DNA of 64,000 nucleotides from Cycas panzhihuaensis (lineage: Eukaryota; Plantae; Cycadophyta): contig CM041465.1 in assembly GCA_023213395.1 (NCBI GenBank), forward strand, positions 246,581,741 through 246,645,740, written 5' to 3'. Below, one piece after another: positions 27,901 through 42,800 of this stretch (position 1 is the stretch's first letter; every line of letters starts with the position of its first letter). The notes under the pieces were generated by a model that was not told where the DNA came from, did no database searches, and worked only from the letters and a program-made list of their open reading frames with translations. Position numbers and translations under genes: made by a program.

Positions 27901-29565
27901 CATAGGTTGGACTAAAAGGCACCTAATATGAGTAGTACACATGGATTACTATAAGGACATTAGAACATATGTAAATCTTCCCTACTAGAGGCAGAACTTT
28001 AGACAACCATGGCATGAGTTTCTTTTCACTGTCTTAATACATGATCTTACATTTATGCCTTGGAGGCCTCAAATCTAATGGAATGCCAAGGAATTTGAAT
28101 ACCTATCTTAGCTTAATCCATTACAATTCATATGTTACAAGCCAATATCAAATGTTAGTTGTCAATTATAGGTAGAAATTTATTTTTCTTACATTGATTT
28201 TAGACCTTAAAGTTACACAAAAGATGTTTACTACTTTCAATACCTAATTAATTAAACATAATTCTACCTTGATGGTGAAGAATGTATCATTAGCAAAATG
28301 ATCATTGATTAATTGTGCCTTCCTCCCCTAATAAGGAAATAGCCCTAAGTAACCCAAAGTCTACCTTCTTTTAAAACAATATCCCAATGCATTAGTGGCC
28401 AACATAAAGAGCAATAAGGTAAGTGGGTAACCTTATTGAACTAATCTTTAGAGTTAGGTAAGCTTAGACAATGCTCCATTAATAGGGATTTTGGCTGAGG
28501 CATCCTTAAAGAGTGTATTGGCTATTCTTAAATATTTATCATAAAAGCCTAATGCCTTTATAACATCTAAGATGTATTCTTATTCCACTCGATTATATGC
28601 CTTTTCAAAATCTAGTGTTAAGAATATAAATTCTTGTTTTGCGGACTCACACATTTTATGCCTTCGATAATACCTATTATATAGTTCAAGATGAACCTTC
28701 CTTTGATAAAGCTAGTTTATTTAGGCTTAATAATTTCTGTAAGTAGACTCTTAATTTGTAGGGATAATGCCCTTATGAGAATTTTGTATGACACATTTAA
28801 TAATATAATGGGTCTTCAACTAGATATTAACTATAGCTCTCTACCTTTAAGAATGAGCTTAATAGATTCTTTATTAATTACCTCCCCAAGTATCTTAGCC
28901 TGGATAATTTCTTAATATACTTTAAGTAAAATAGGCATAAGGAATTCCCAGGTAGCCTTATAAAATTCATAAGGGAAACCATCTAAGCATGGGGACTTAT
29001 CATTGGCCATCATATATATTACCTCTATTAATTCTTCAAGTTTAAGTAGGGCATCGTATATCACTAAAATATCTAAAATTTTCCTCAATATAGAAAATGA
29101 ACATTCCACTTTAGCATTATTTACTTCCAATAAGTTGGGTTGTACTTTAAAAACCTAAGAAAAGTGATTAGTAAGCTCCTAAATGTTTTCCTGTATAGAA
29201 GTCAATCACTTATTCTCAATCTTAAGAACATTAATTTTTTAATTATTTTATTTACACTTTAGGGATTGGAAAAAAAAATTAAGTATTTATCTCTCTTCTT
29301 GATCTAATGCATCCTTGCTCTAATTTTAACCCCTTATGCCTTTTGAGTTTTAGATGCTCTTCACAACCGACATAACTTAGCTACTATCTTTTACTTATGC
29401 TTATCAAATGGTCTCTCTTAAGTTCTTGCTTTACTACAATGAGCTTCCTAACATTGAAGGTGTCTAACCACCTCCTTATGAAAGCCATCTCTTTGCCATA
29501 ACCCCATAGGAAAGATGTTGTATGGGTTACTACTTCCTCATACTAAGTAATCCATTCTTTATCCC

Positions 29566-32500
29566 TATTGGGTGTAATACCTAATTATATGCATTAACCC
29601 TATGTAAGCTCTCTCTATTCATTTGTATTTTTATATTAGAGGATATGGGTCACCTAAAGATGTGTACCACCTCTAAGTCAACCCATGGGGTTCTCTCACT
29701 AATTGTGAGCATGTACTATAAGTATGTACTTTTCATTCTCTCTAATTGAGTTTTGGATAATTCTCCACATAAGGAGTTTATTGTGTACATACTTCATTTT
29801 TCTTGTACTTTATTATTCTATCATTTACTAACCATTAGATGTCTTATTATTGATTGCATTTTTAATTCTAACATGGTATGAAAGCCTAAGGTTCAATCCT
29901 TGAGGGCACATCATTATGAATGTTCCGTACATGTTATCTTTCACCATTATTATTCATTTGAGAAATATTTTATGCCTATATTATGATCTGCCATTGAAAG
30001 TTTATTTCAAGTTATGAAAAGCCAACCTGGCATATATTCCTTAAGGGAGTTTTTTGCTAAATATTTGGGGTAATTTTGTCATTCTAAGGGGCTATTTTTG
30101 AGGCTATTAAGTGCTGTTACAAGTTCTATTATTTGCATTTTTTTAGGCTATTAAAGGTTTTTGAAGCTGCAGTAGATCAATTACTCATGCAGACCTGATC
30201 ACCCTATAGAATCAATGTGTCTGCTATTAACATGGAGGATTTTTATAGGCATACGCAATTATGTAAAGTGATCTCCTTGCATATTAGTGGGCAGATTATA
30301 ATGGAGTGGGCAGATTATAATAGAGATTCTTATAGCAATTGAGTGAATTATTTTTTGGCTATCTAGAAGTAAAAAATGACTCCATCTTTGAAACTTTTTT
30401 ACATTTAAGGAATTTTCTATGAGGATGTACTACTTACGCAAAAATAAATTTAAAATTTTGTATATATCACCTTCAAAATTAGACTATATTTTTATGTATT
30501 TGTAATAAAAAAGGGGGATTTTCTGCCAAAAAATATTGTTTAGCAGCTTGTAATGACATAGGGCTAAGAACAAGATGATACATTGGCTTTCAAAGGTGTA
30601 GTTTCACTATTGTTGGATGATGCTTAGTTTAAGCAGAAGATAAAGAAGCAAGCTCAAAAGAAGGATAAGGACAAGTAGAGAATATCTCAAGATCACCAGT
30701 GATAAAGGTTTCTACCTTTTGGGGTATTTCATAGCGGAGAGGATTTCTAAAATCCACAGTCGAGAGGGTTCCTGAGATTTGCAAGCTTTGATCACACCAT
30801 AACTCCAAGGTGAGAAAATGGAGCAGTATGCAATGGTGCTACTATTCCCAACTTATAGTCATATAATATGGTGTTAGGCTTTGCCAAACTATTAGGCTCG
30901 TGAGGATTTATCATCACATTTATGAACATGGAGCACACGCAGGTGAAGGCATTCCTTATCTCTGACCAAAAGCTTTGTTGCCTTTGTATTTGTATTCATC
31001 ATCATACCTCGACGTAGCAAAGGAGGAAGGCCAGCACCTCATGCAATTCCTTGAGTTACACTAGTTTGAAATCCACTTCAGCTAGCTCCTCATGTGCCCC
31101 CTCCTACACCTGTTCAATAGAGTGGTGGTGGGTCTATACTTGGTGGTATTGGTTCTACCATAGTCCATGTTGAGAATACAAGATCCCAACCCTTTAACCG
31201 CCACCAAGATCTATTGCATTTTTACAACTAGTTACAAAAGTTAAAACTTAAAATTACATGCAAGTTCTAAAATCAGAGATTATACAGTAACAAGAAAATA
31301 AAAGCCAAACATCACATGTGCACCCGATATAATGTGGTAAAACCCTAGCAGTGTGTTAGGGAAACATCCACACAGGAAAGGTATCGAGCTTTATTGCTAT
31401 AGAATGGAGAAACAATACATCGCAGTTATAGAGTGCTCTTAGGAACAACAATTAGCCACCGCCCTCATCACAGTTACATTGCATTACATTACAACATAAT
31501 AAGAAAAGCCCTAAAATGGGCTACATGAGAGGAACATCCAAGACCTAAATCTCAACCGTAGAATCTAGGGTATTTGTATCGAATGACCCTAATTCTCTTT
31601 ATATTTTGATAAGGTTTACATGGCTAATTTTTCGGGTCAAAGACTATCACCCCCGAACCCCCTCCTAGCGAGGGGCGTTCCACCCCCCCAACCCCCCGGC
31701 TAAGCGGGGCTCTCGCCCCCCTTAGAACCCCCTGAGAAAGATTAGTGGGGCAAATCGTGCTAAAAACATGCCATAATTTTAGCCCCATAATTGTTGTCAT
31801 AATACCCAACAGCTTAAGGTATAACTTTTAGAATTGGAAGTGTTGTTACATATAGAGTTGTTGATGTAGTTGTGGGTCCACGTACTATGCTATATAAAAT
31901 TATACCTGCAAAAGCTTTTACTACATAATCTAGCTACCCTGTAATGGTAAATCTTAGTGGACCTGATGCTTGTGGAAATTAATCACATATGTTCTAAGGG
32001 TGCTGGCAATAGACCCCGAGGGTAAGCGACAACTCTACAATATCCATGGTGCCCTGCAACTTTGTTCATCAATGGCAATGGCTTAACGGAACATGTTTTG
32101 GCAATAAACCCTAATAAGATTTATCATATTTGATAATATTTTTTTTATGTATATTATATTCTTGGGTGTGGACGTTAATTCATCATTAAAAAGGTTGTAT
32201 ATATTTTTTTAGTTGGAAAAAGTAGATTTAATCAAATTAGACAAATGTTTGAGATCCGTTTAGCCCCCTCATGCCTCAACCCCTAGTCACTTATAGAGCT
32301 TATATGACCAACAACCATCCCGTGAAAGGGGCTAGCCCCATTTTTAGTTTCTTATGGAGCACCCTTCACGTTTTTTATACTATCTTGAGATAAGAGGCTC
32401 TATTTTTACTTTCATCTATTGTGTTGGATTCATAATAGAGAGATCTTTATATTGGCAAGTTACTTGATGATTTCTAGAGCTATTTTGGTGTAGATTTTTT

Positions 32501-33537
32501 AGCTTAAATTTTAAAATTTTCATTAAATCTTCATCTTTCCTCATTTTTTTAGTTTCTTCGAGCACTTACATGCAATTATTGAGGTTCCATGATATTTTTT
32601 TATGTAATATACCTCAAATGGGGGGGATAACATGTACTAAAGTTTAAGAATACATTGAGCTCATTTTGTACTTTATTATATGAGAGAGAGTCATGTATGT
32701 TACACTCGAGTCACATATATCATTTTTAAGTCATGTAAAAACATCTATTGCTGGTTATTTTGCCCATAGTAGCAAGTTGTATAGCCCAAAGAGGTATCTT
32801 TTAGCTTTTGTGGCAAATTTGAGGCCATAATGCCTATTGTATTTCCAACCATTAGATGCTGAAGAAGTAATAGTCCTATTTAGCAAGAGGTAGGATACAC
32901 TTTAAAAGCTATTCTTGCTAGCCATATACCATATACCATGTGCTATTTATAAACATTTATGCTTGCACTCCCATATGAGTAAGGGGTGGGACTTTTATAG
33001 CTACTCTTTTTAGCTAATGATTGATCTAGATACATAAAGGGAGTTCCTACTCAATTGGCAGTTATAGCGGCTAAGGATCCATGCATTATGGTAGATGGAC
33101 TCTACTTCATATGGATATCGGTAGCTTTTTATTCATGTGCTATAGCATTTGATCTAGCATACTTTTAAAGACTTAAGCTTATTATTTAATGTGATACTCA
33201 TTTATGTAATTGACTATTACATGAAGGAATATTAGGTATAATACCTAATTACATACATTAACCCTATGTAAGGTCTCTCTATTCATTTGTATTTTTATAT
33301 TAAAGGTTGTGGGTCACCTAGAGATATGTGCCACCTCTAAGTCGACCAATGGGGTTCTCTTACTAATGGTGAGTATGTACTGTAAGTATATACTTTTCAT
33401 TCTCTCTAATTAAGTTTTAGCCAATTCTCCACATAAGATATTTATTGTGTACATACTTCATTTTTTTTGTACTTTATTGTTCTATCATTTACTCACCATT
33501 AAATTTCTTGTTATTGATTACATTTTTAATTCTAATA
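29566..33537 (+). mobile_element. Non-coding LTR element E (LARD/large-TRIM-like) inserted in LINE ORF2
   Basis: LTRs at 29566-29873 and 33230-33537, PBS TGGTATGAAAGCC at 29874-29886, and TSD ATCCC/ACCCC. No retroelement protein motif was recognised inside. Confidence 0.85.
31168..31811 (-). mobile_element. Solo LTR related to the element C LTR
   Basis: TG...CA termini and reverse-complement similarity to the C LTRs (e.g. CCCTAGATTCTACGG, GATACCTTTCCTGTGTGGATGTTTCCCTA). Flanks GTCCA/GCTTA are both derivable from GCCCA by C>T. Confidence 0.85.
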
Positions 33538-35763
33538 ACCCCCTACTAATAATGAATTGAAGAACTAAATTTATTCAATGTTATAAATACAAAGCTTGGA
33601 GTTTATATGGAAGGTGTTTAACTTAAAATTTGAATAGTCTTAAGTGGTTTTATCTTCCTCTTAAGTGATGGGGTATTCATTTCACTTTTCCTTATTAGAA
33701 GCATTAGGGTCATATAAGTTGAACTTATTTTTAAAAGAAAGCTAATTATACCTTTTATCTTAGTGTCATTTAAATAGCCTACCTTTATCTTATAACATGG
33801 TGCTTCTATCATGTTGAAATCCCCATAGATCACCTGCATAATATCAAGTAGATTTGCACGTAGTTAACATCCCAAGTTAACCATGTCTTTAGGTAGATTA
33901 AATGCATAAATAGTGAGAATACTTAATATCTCATCATTACAATTAATAATAAGACACACACATTAATTATGGGGGTTCAAGCCATGTATGACGACATTCA
34001 TACCCTATCGAGGCTTGAGAAAAATAAAGGTGTCACCTTGTCCCTTATCATAAGATATGGAAAAAGATATAATGTCATTCTAAATATATGTAGTTGTAAA
34101 CCAAAGATCATTATCTAAACACTTCACTTCATACACGTAGAGGATGTTTAAACCTACAAACCTATTATAAAATTTCTTTACCACTATATATCTAAATTGG
34201 TCTAATAACCCTTAAACATTCTAATTAACAATATTCATTATAGGCATCTTCTACATCTATGCTAGTACCCTTCTTACTAAGCCTATCACTCTACAAGAAA
34301 AACTAATTAGATTTGGAAAATTATTAGAGGATTTGGGTTGCTTGATGACTAGGTTGAAGAAGGATATGATGGATGCTCCCCCTTTCTCTTCCTCATCCCT
34401 CCCCCTAGCTTTAGGAGTTTTAGGGATGTTAAAGAGGGAGATTGATTAGGGGTGACCAAGGGAAGCTCTACAAACGTTAGCTTAAACACTTTTTCTTACC
34501 CTTATCACCACCTAAAGATTGTAGCTCTTTTTTTAGGGTTTGCCTTTATATGTATTAGCACTTTTGTTATTGAGGGTTATTGTTTAGACTTGGGCTTATT
34601 AGTCACCTTCTTATTGGAAAACTCAATCCACCCATTAGAACTATTTATTACTAGTTTTAGGCTTTTAGACTAGGCAAGCCTCAGGGCTTCCATAGGTTTA
34701 TTAAAAAGGTAGACCTTCACTCTATGATCCCTAGAGTAACACTTGAAAAATGAGTTGGGCATATTTAAATATAATACTTTATGTTTAAGGAAAGACTCCC
34801 CACATTGAATTTGAATGTATTTAAGCAGGCTTTTGGATGGGTTGACCTTAACATAGGCCTAAATGTTAAGCCTTAAAGAAAAATCTCTATGAGGTTCAAG
34901 TGACATGAAATTACCTAGTGGCTATATGAGCTCTTTCATGAAGGACCAATAATCCATTGGAAGGCCCAGAAACTCAACTTATACCAGACATTTAAAGGCT
35001 ATACCCCTTTTAACTGAGAAGTTAGAATCCTGGGAATTAGAAACCATCAAGTTTCATCAACATACCCATGGATCTCTACACAACACTTGTTGCAAGGCTT
35101 CCAGAGATATAAAGATAAAGGAAGAAAAACCCTTTCAACAAGTTACAAATGGAAACTATCTTCTATAGGAAGACTTTAATGGTAGACTTAGGCCACTGTC
35201 ATTGATAACTTTAGGTGATGGTTGCCCCACAAAATATGTAATAAGTGTATGGGAGTAAATTTCATTTAAAGCATTTGAAACTATGTTAATATTGAGAAAA
35301 ACCACTAGAAGATCCAACTCACCTCATCAAATACTTTATGGATAAGCTTCTTATCTCACTTCAATGCCATTCTCCCTATGTAGACCAAATAAAAATGAAG
35401 AAAGAGTGTTGGATTGACTAGTTTCAATCACTTATATAAATGATTGATTACTTCTTGGGGTAGCCATAATGGTCCCTAGTATTAAATAAGTTGGAATAAT
35501 GATCTTCCTCAAATGAACAAACCCTAAATACTAATGATTACCAAGAATAATTCATGCATGCAGGAACCTATGAACCATGGCTTTACTCTCACCCTCTCAA
35601 AGTTCTCTTAAGTAGGCTCCCTTGCTTCCCTCTTAACTGGAATCAATTACTCAAATAATTAATTCTTCCTAGTTATCTACCTTACTTAAGGGTCCTAATA
35701 AAAGAATATATATTTATATAACACTATATAAAATATAATATTATGGCATAAATGTTACTCAAC

Positions 35764-38700
35764 CAAGTACTGCAAACCATGTCTTTAATAATGTAAGTAG
35801 AAGATCATGTCTTATTTAAGAAGAATAAGAGGAAAAATAGATAATTTACTCTTTCCTTCATACATTTATTTATATGTGATGTTGTGTTATTAACTTCCAT
35901 TTGATAATAATAATATTATTTTAGAGTTAACTTCACTAACATGTTCTTGGTTGTGATTATGTAATTATTTCTATTTGTCAATTCATTTTGGGATGGCATA
36001 TGGTACTTATATTAAATTTGTTGTTTACCACTATAAAGCGTTCCTACTAAAATCTAATGGTGAATTTTAGGCCCCTATCATAAACTACTTGCTTAGGGAG
36101 GCTACTAGTCTATATATTTCTTTAAGGAACATTTATGTAACTTGAGATGCCTTGCATGTTATTTTGATTAGTTAGTCTATTGACTACTATAAATATTATA
36201 TCTTTACCTTCATATATTGGGAGACCTATGATGAAGTTCATGGTTATACCCTCTTATTTTTGGTTTAGGATTAGTAGGTGTTGTAATAGGCCGAAGAATA
36301 GTATTATTTTTGCCTTTTATCTTTGGCACATATTGCATTCCACCACATAATTTTTTATTATTTTTTCATACTAGGCCAAAAGAATGATCGTTTATTATTA
36401 GTATATATTTTTTTATTATGCCTATGCATCTTACTATTATCATGTCATGACAAATTTGTGGTATTTTTATGATGAATTGAGACCCTTGTGATATATAAAT
36501 GCAATATTTATTAAAGATGATTCAATTTCTAAACTTATAATTAGGTTTATGCATTCCCACTTGTATTTTGTTGATGATACTCCTCTTAGTATTAGTTTTG
36601 GATTTCTTTAGCCTAAGTAATTTTAATACTTGGTATGGATGTTAATGATGGTTTATCATGTTTTATATATAGTATGTCTAGTACTAAATTTTATGTTTAC
36701 TTTTTATATAAAATCTTAAAATAAAATGTTTAGATTTTATGTAACTATTTTCTTTATTCTTCTGATAGGGTGGGTTGTTGTAGTAAATGTTTCAAGCTAC
36801 TATGGTTAGTTTTCATTATAAACTTATTACCTAGTAGATATTATTACCATTTTTCCAAAGTATGTATTATAGCTAACATATCTTTATTGTAGGTTGATAG
36901 TTTTCTTTCTTGATCATTTAGTTTTCTATTCTTAAATGCTAATGGGTGATTATTTTATGTAAGGATGGCATTGATACCTATCCTTGATGCATCACATTAT
37001 AAGACAAATAGTTTATGGAAGTTTTGGATTACTAGTGTTGGAACTATCATTATGGTTTTCTTAAGTGTTTCAAAGGCTTTATATGCTTTAACATTCTAGG
37101 TAAGTGCATCTTTCTTAAGTAGATTTATTAATAGAGTGGTGACACTAGAGCAGTTCTTAATGACATATTCAACGAACCTTATTAACACTAGGAAACCTAT
37201 GAATTTGGAAATGTTTTATGATCTAAGCTAGTTTAACATTGTTTAGATATCTGCTTTGTTTATTTTTACCTCTTATGTGGTTATGGCATATCGTTAATAC
37301 TGAAGTTATTGCTTGGCAAAGGTGCATTTGGATGTCTTTATATAAAATTCATTCTCTATAAAATGGCTAGGATTTAGAGTATATAAGGATGCCATTAAAG
37401 AATACTAGGATAAATTTTGTGAGCATTATGGTAAATACCTTGTTCATAATGACTTAAAAGGTTGTTAGGTCATTGGCAAGTCTAAAGGACATGGCTCCAA
37501 ATTCATAGTGTTCTTATTATATTCATAATGTTATTTTGTGCCAATCCTCTTATCTAATTAGAATTTAGTATTACCTTGATTGTAGATCTAGTTTGGAAAA
37601 TATTGGACATCACATAACTTGTCAACTACGTCATCAATTTGAAATATGGTGAATTTATATGTGATCATGATTTTGTTTAGAGCTCTATATTCTGCATAGA
37701 AATGAAATGATCTTTTTTTTTTTTTTTTCGTTCTTAAGACTATTAGGATATATAAGGGATTTTACTATGTATTATTATGCACATTTCTAGTAGTCATTAG
37801 ATCAAGATTTCCATTTTTGTATTCTATTTATAGTTATATCTATATTATTTTACCAAAAATTGGTTTGATTATATTTTAATGTAGTATTTCATGCCTCCAT
37901 CTAATGCAAGAGTTAAGAGTAGATCTTAAACTATTTAGTTATGGCCTTGGAGAACGTTTTGCATCTCTTGGTTAAGTGGTATTATTTCCTCTAGGTTATC
38001 CTCTATGGTTGTCTCCTAAATTACTACTTCCATGGAATATAAATGTGTTGTGAATCCTTATGTCCTTTCCTAAGTAGTTTTCTATTTTTTGAGAGTCAAT
38101 TGTTTAAGGTGGTAGTGTTTTAATTCCATTTAGGATGTATTATATTCCATCTATTTGAATTGTATAAAACCTTCTTCTAGATTACAATCGTATACACCTA
38201 AAGTTCTTAGGCATTAGGCTCTTAGAACTATGCCAATAATACATATAAAAAGTGAATAAAAATTTAAGTGTAATATGTATTCCTCCATGTTTAGTTTGAG
38301 GCCCTTAATTTCTCCATCACATTATAAGGTTCAATTTCTTAGGATTGATATGCTAAAGTTTGAGTTGCATTTGGTGTAAAGGCCCAAATGTCTTACTTCT
38401 CTAAAGTCTATAATGTTATAAGTATTCATAGAGCCAATAAGGACTATCACCTTATTTTTCATTATGTACTCTATTATTTTTAATGTGTTTGGTCATTACA
38501 CTCTTGTCATGGATGATATGGATATTTTTTGTTGGCTTGTTTTAGTTTAGTTTTATGTTGTACCTTCAATCACTTCTTTAAAATCTAATTCTACTATGTC
38601 TTCTACTCTACTTCAATTACATAGAATTTGTAAGTTTTTAGGTGATATGGTGCCTATTTTTCTTTACATTCATAACATAGCTTTTTTTCTCTTTATTATT

Positions 38701-39880
38701 TTCTTTCTTGACATTCTTTTAGGAATAAATGTTTTCTTGTTAGCCATGTGGTTAGGGTAAAGTGATAAGTTGATTACTTACTTTAATTGTAGAATAATTT
38801 AAAGTGGTTAATGGGTAGCCTTTAAGATAACTTATGCCCTATTAAAATAATATTCTAAAATAAAAATTTTTAAAAGTATACTCTACTAAATAGTATGAGT
38901 GTAATTTATCTATTTCTAAAGTTTAAAGTTATTGAAAAATTAAATTATTGGATGGGATACTTATTTGTAAACCTTTTCTTCTATGATGATGGCTTGAGGG
39001 TTACACTCAATCAGCCTTTTAACTACCCTAATTACCTTTAATCAACATGAAAATTAAAATTAAGGTAGATAAGGGCCTCTAATTTAATGTCAACTTTTCA
39101 TTAGTGGATTTTCATGGTACCTTACATGGATAGCTTGAATATAATAGAGATCATGTATATCACATCGAGAAAATGTGGATAATTAGACCATTTTCTTATT
39201 GTCTTTTTTATAATTTCTCCTTATTAACATTGTTGCATCTATTCTAAATCCATGACATGTACACAATTTTTAAAATAGAGAATAAAACCCCCAAAATTTT
39301 CATAGATGGCATCAACATTTTACAATATTCTATAGCTTTGTATGGTCTATATAGTCCATAAAAATTTGTGGTTTTTTACTAAAAAGGGAACGTTTTAATA
39401 AGAACTATGTGGTAAAATCTCATTGCAATTTATTCATAATATTTTTTATGGTAAGCATTTAAAGTGATGTAGACCTCCAACATTTGACGATGTCATGTGG
39501 ACTCCATGGTTTTTAAATAACTATAATCTTTTTCTCAAATGGTTAGCATTATATTAAAAATTTTGTGCTAAAATTTTGCCACAACATCATTAACAACTTG
39601 TATGTAGCATGTGATTGAACTATTATGAATTAATTAAAAAATACTAATAGTCTAACACCACTTGTAATGTTCTAATGAGAATGTTATTGAATCAAGTATT
39701 GAAGACCTTATCTTTAAGAGCGTAGGCAAAATGTTGAGTCATCTTTAAGAAGAATGAGATGGAAAATAGATGATTTAATCTTTCCTCCATGTATCTATTT
39801 ATATTATACTACAAACTTCTATCCAATAATGATATTATTATTATATGGCTAACTTTATTAAGATGTTTTTGGTTATAATT
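35764..39880 (+). repeat. Diverged ~190-bp direct repeat (35764-35960 and 39693-39880)
   Basis: Shared TTTAAGAAGAAT.AGA.G.AAAATAGAT.ATTTA.TCTTTCCT core with collinear flanks. Confidence 0.65.
36050..38700 (+). mobile_element. Possible extremely decayed non-LTR retrotransposon
   Basis: NFRPLS*TTCLGRLL at ~36063-36107 resembles the LINE RT motif NYRPISLTSCLGKLL, and an ETYDEV-like motif follows at ~36221. The extent is a guess. Confidence 0.3.
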
Positions 39881-42800
39881 AGAATTGCAACATACAAAGA
39901 GTTTACTTTTCAAGATGAAAAGTTTAAAGCTTGAAGTTTGATCTCCATGTCACTCTTCCCTCACTCCCATATGCCAAGGTGAACAAACTGAGTTATGATC
40001 AAGTGAAATTATGTCTTTTATGACTTTTATAGGGTGTCTAACATTACCATGGAATTTGAACTTCCCATCACTAGTTAGCATAAAATGACCTAATTTCTTA
40101 AACACTCTCTCATACTTGTGTTTAAAGTTTAAGTATGTAAACCATGGGTCATGGATTTTTTTTACTCCTAGTTTTCTTTGGTTTGAAAAGCTCGGGTTTG
40201 GTCTTTTTATGAAAGTAATCTATTACTTATTCTACATATCATTAAAAGGGTAGGCTTATGATCTTATTTTTATTTAATTCAAGCTTATTAAAATCCATAC
40301 ATGTGACTTAAGAGGCATTAATGAGTTCTTTACTTAATCATCTTCACAAGGAGGCTCTCTTAGCTAATTATTCCTAAGAGAAAGATGTCAATATTTGGGA
40401 TAATTTAAACTACCCCTTGGTTTAAGTATATATTTCATATTTCCTTTTAGTTCAAGAGTATCTAAAATCACTATTGTTTCCTTTTATTCTCTACATTAGG
40501 TATGAAATAAGAGAGTCCTATGCCAATTATAATATAGTGTAGTATTAAGTGTAAATCTTATATGTTTAACTTCTTCTAAATAAAAGATACCAATCTTTCA
40601 AATATGATGTCCTTCCCTTTTAACTATGCATTTTCAATAAGTATTAGATATACTTATCGTATACTAACTAGTAAAATGGATTAATGAGAATTATTATTAA
40701 CTTTTGTAGCCACCCTATTTTTAATTATATAATTTGCAAATACATTAGAGCTACCTTATAGGTTCTTCATTTCTATATGAAGCTCTTCAAAGTAGTCCTT
40801 TAATGTCATTGGTTATAACTTATGATTCTAAGGTAGTTTAATCTTATAATTAGGCCTTTGTTGATTTTAAACAATAGGTGGTGACACACGCTTAAAGATG
40901 AAAGGTAATGGAGTCTTAAGACTAATTAGCTTACATTTCTAAGAGCTTATGATCATGATTAATTTAGGCTTTGGTGAATATAAGTTGTTCATAATTGGAT
41001 ATGTCCTGCCTATATTATACAAAGATATATTATTATTCTAAATTACTTTTGCCTTCCCTTTTGGGACATGATTTTCCCCCTTAAATCATACCCTTTATTT
41101 ATTAAAGCAAACAAGTTCTTTATATCTTGCTTAGTCATTAGTTTATTTCCTTTCTCTTACTTTATTTTGGATATTAAATGAATTTCCTTAATTCTATGGT
41201 TTTAGTCATTACAATGGAAAAAGTATTTAACATGAAGTAATATACATAACTTGTTATTTTATAGGTACATTACATATCATAATGGATATAAATATAGCCC
41301 TTCAATTTTTTAGACAAATTAACTTACATTTGAGCTCTTATATTGTATATATAAAGAAAAGGTCTAGGAGATTGAACACATATATAACTTCTAACTAACT
41401 TTATAAGTTCTTACAAGCAACATTAATAGTAGAAGGAAAATCATTAGAATTTGATAGATGTAGGACCACAAAATGATCTAGGTTTATTCCTTTGAAAAGA
41501 TTGGATTATATCTATTACATCCTATAAGATTTCTTTTATAGGTTGGTGGGCTTGTCTTGAATACATCCTTAAAGACTTTTGGAGATTTAGACATACACGA
41601 GTAAAATCTCTTTACCTAAGCACCTTATAGTGAGCATGTTCTGACGAAAGAATTCTCATTTGCCTTTAAACCATCACTTTAATACAAACTACAAATGAGG
41701 ATGCCATGTCATATATATAATCAAAGTATGAGATTATGTTTCCAACAAAGCAATACTTATCTCAAGGTGGTCTAAAATAACATCATGTTTATTTAGAGTT
41801 GCAACTTACCTCAGTGTGCACGTCTAGGACAAATATGTTAGCTTGTTTAGATGCCATTACTTCCTTATGGATTTTGTGTTGCGTCTTAATTTATGTGAAT
41901 AATATTCTCAAGAGTTGCTTTCAATACTATTTAAATAATGCTCTTGGAACCATGGTCTAGTTGTAATGGCAAGGTCAATCATCTTTAAATAATAATGTTT
42001 GCCACTTATGGCTATGATTAACTAGCCTAATGGAAAGGACTGGAATGTGGGCATCGTGGCCAAAGGGCAATAACCTTACCATGGTACTTTCGTATCACCT
42101 TCCTCTAATTCTTAATATGACTTAATTTATTAATTAAAACATTTATACGTAATGACCATATTAAACACTTCAGAATAATTTACACATCATTATCCATTTT
42201 CATATTTTCTCTTATAGTAATTAGTCTTTGAAACTTATCATAAATCTTGATATAATTATTAGCATTAAGGATGTGATTAAAGAATTAGGTTTAAAATACA
42301 ATGAAATATGTGGTGTGATTAAAGAGAATGACATGATAACTTGGAATTAAGAAGAAGCACCCTATGAAGGTGCTTATAGTGAAATGGAAAAATCTCAGAC
42401 ATGAACTAGTGTATCTAAGGAGAGAGCAATGATAATTAGGTTTAGGTAATAAGAATGGAGTACAATGCCTTTATAAAAGAGATCATATGATTAATTGAAA
42501 TTGAATAATAGTCAATATATTATTTTTGTTATTCATAAAATAAATATACCATTTCATTATTGAATTGTAATTAATTTTTGAATGCATGAGATTAACCCAA
42601 ATCATGGCCGATTAGGGGCAACAAAGGTGCTAAAGGTCATTACTCTCCATTAGGTGTATAAACTAGGGGGTGGTTCTCGGGGGTGGGGAGTGGGTAAGGC
42701 TTATAAAATCAACATTATACAAGTGATCTTATATAATGTACCTTATGACTTTTCAACTATTAAAAGAGCCCCACTTCGTGAGAATAGTTCATTTATAATT

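Larger units (their letters stand above)
26106..35633 (-). mobile_element. Full-length decayed L1-type LINE (interrupted by element E)
   Basis: A-rich tail on the minus strand at 26106-26131 and candidate 15-bp TSD TAAATGAAATCAATT / TAACTGGAATCAATT. RT motifs KSPCLDGFPYEFY (~28960-28998), LDFEKAYNRV (~28590-28615) and HFANDT (~28290). Endonuclease GDFNMIE (~33810). ORF1 remnants at ~34300-35480. Confidence 0.85.
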
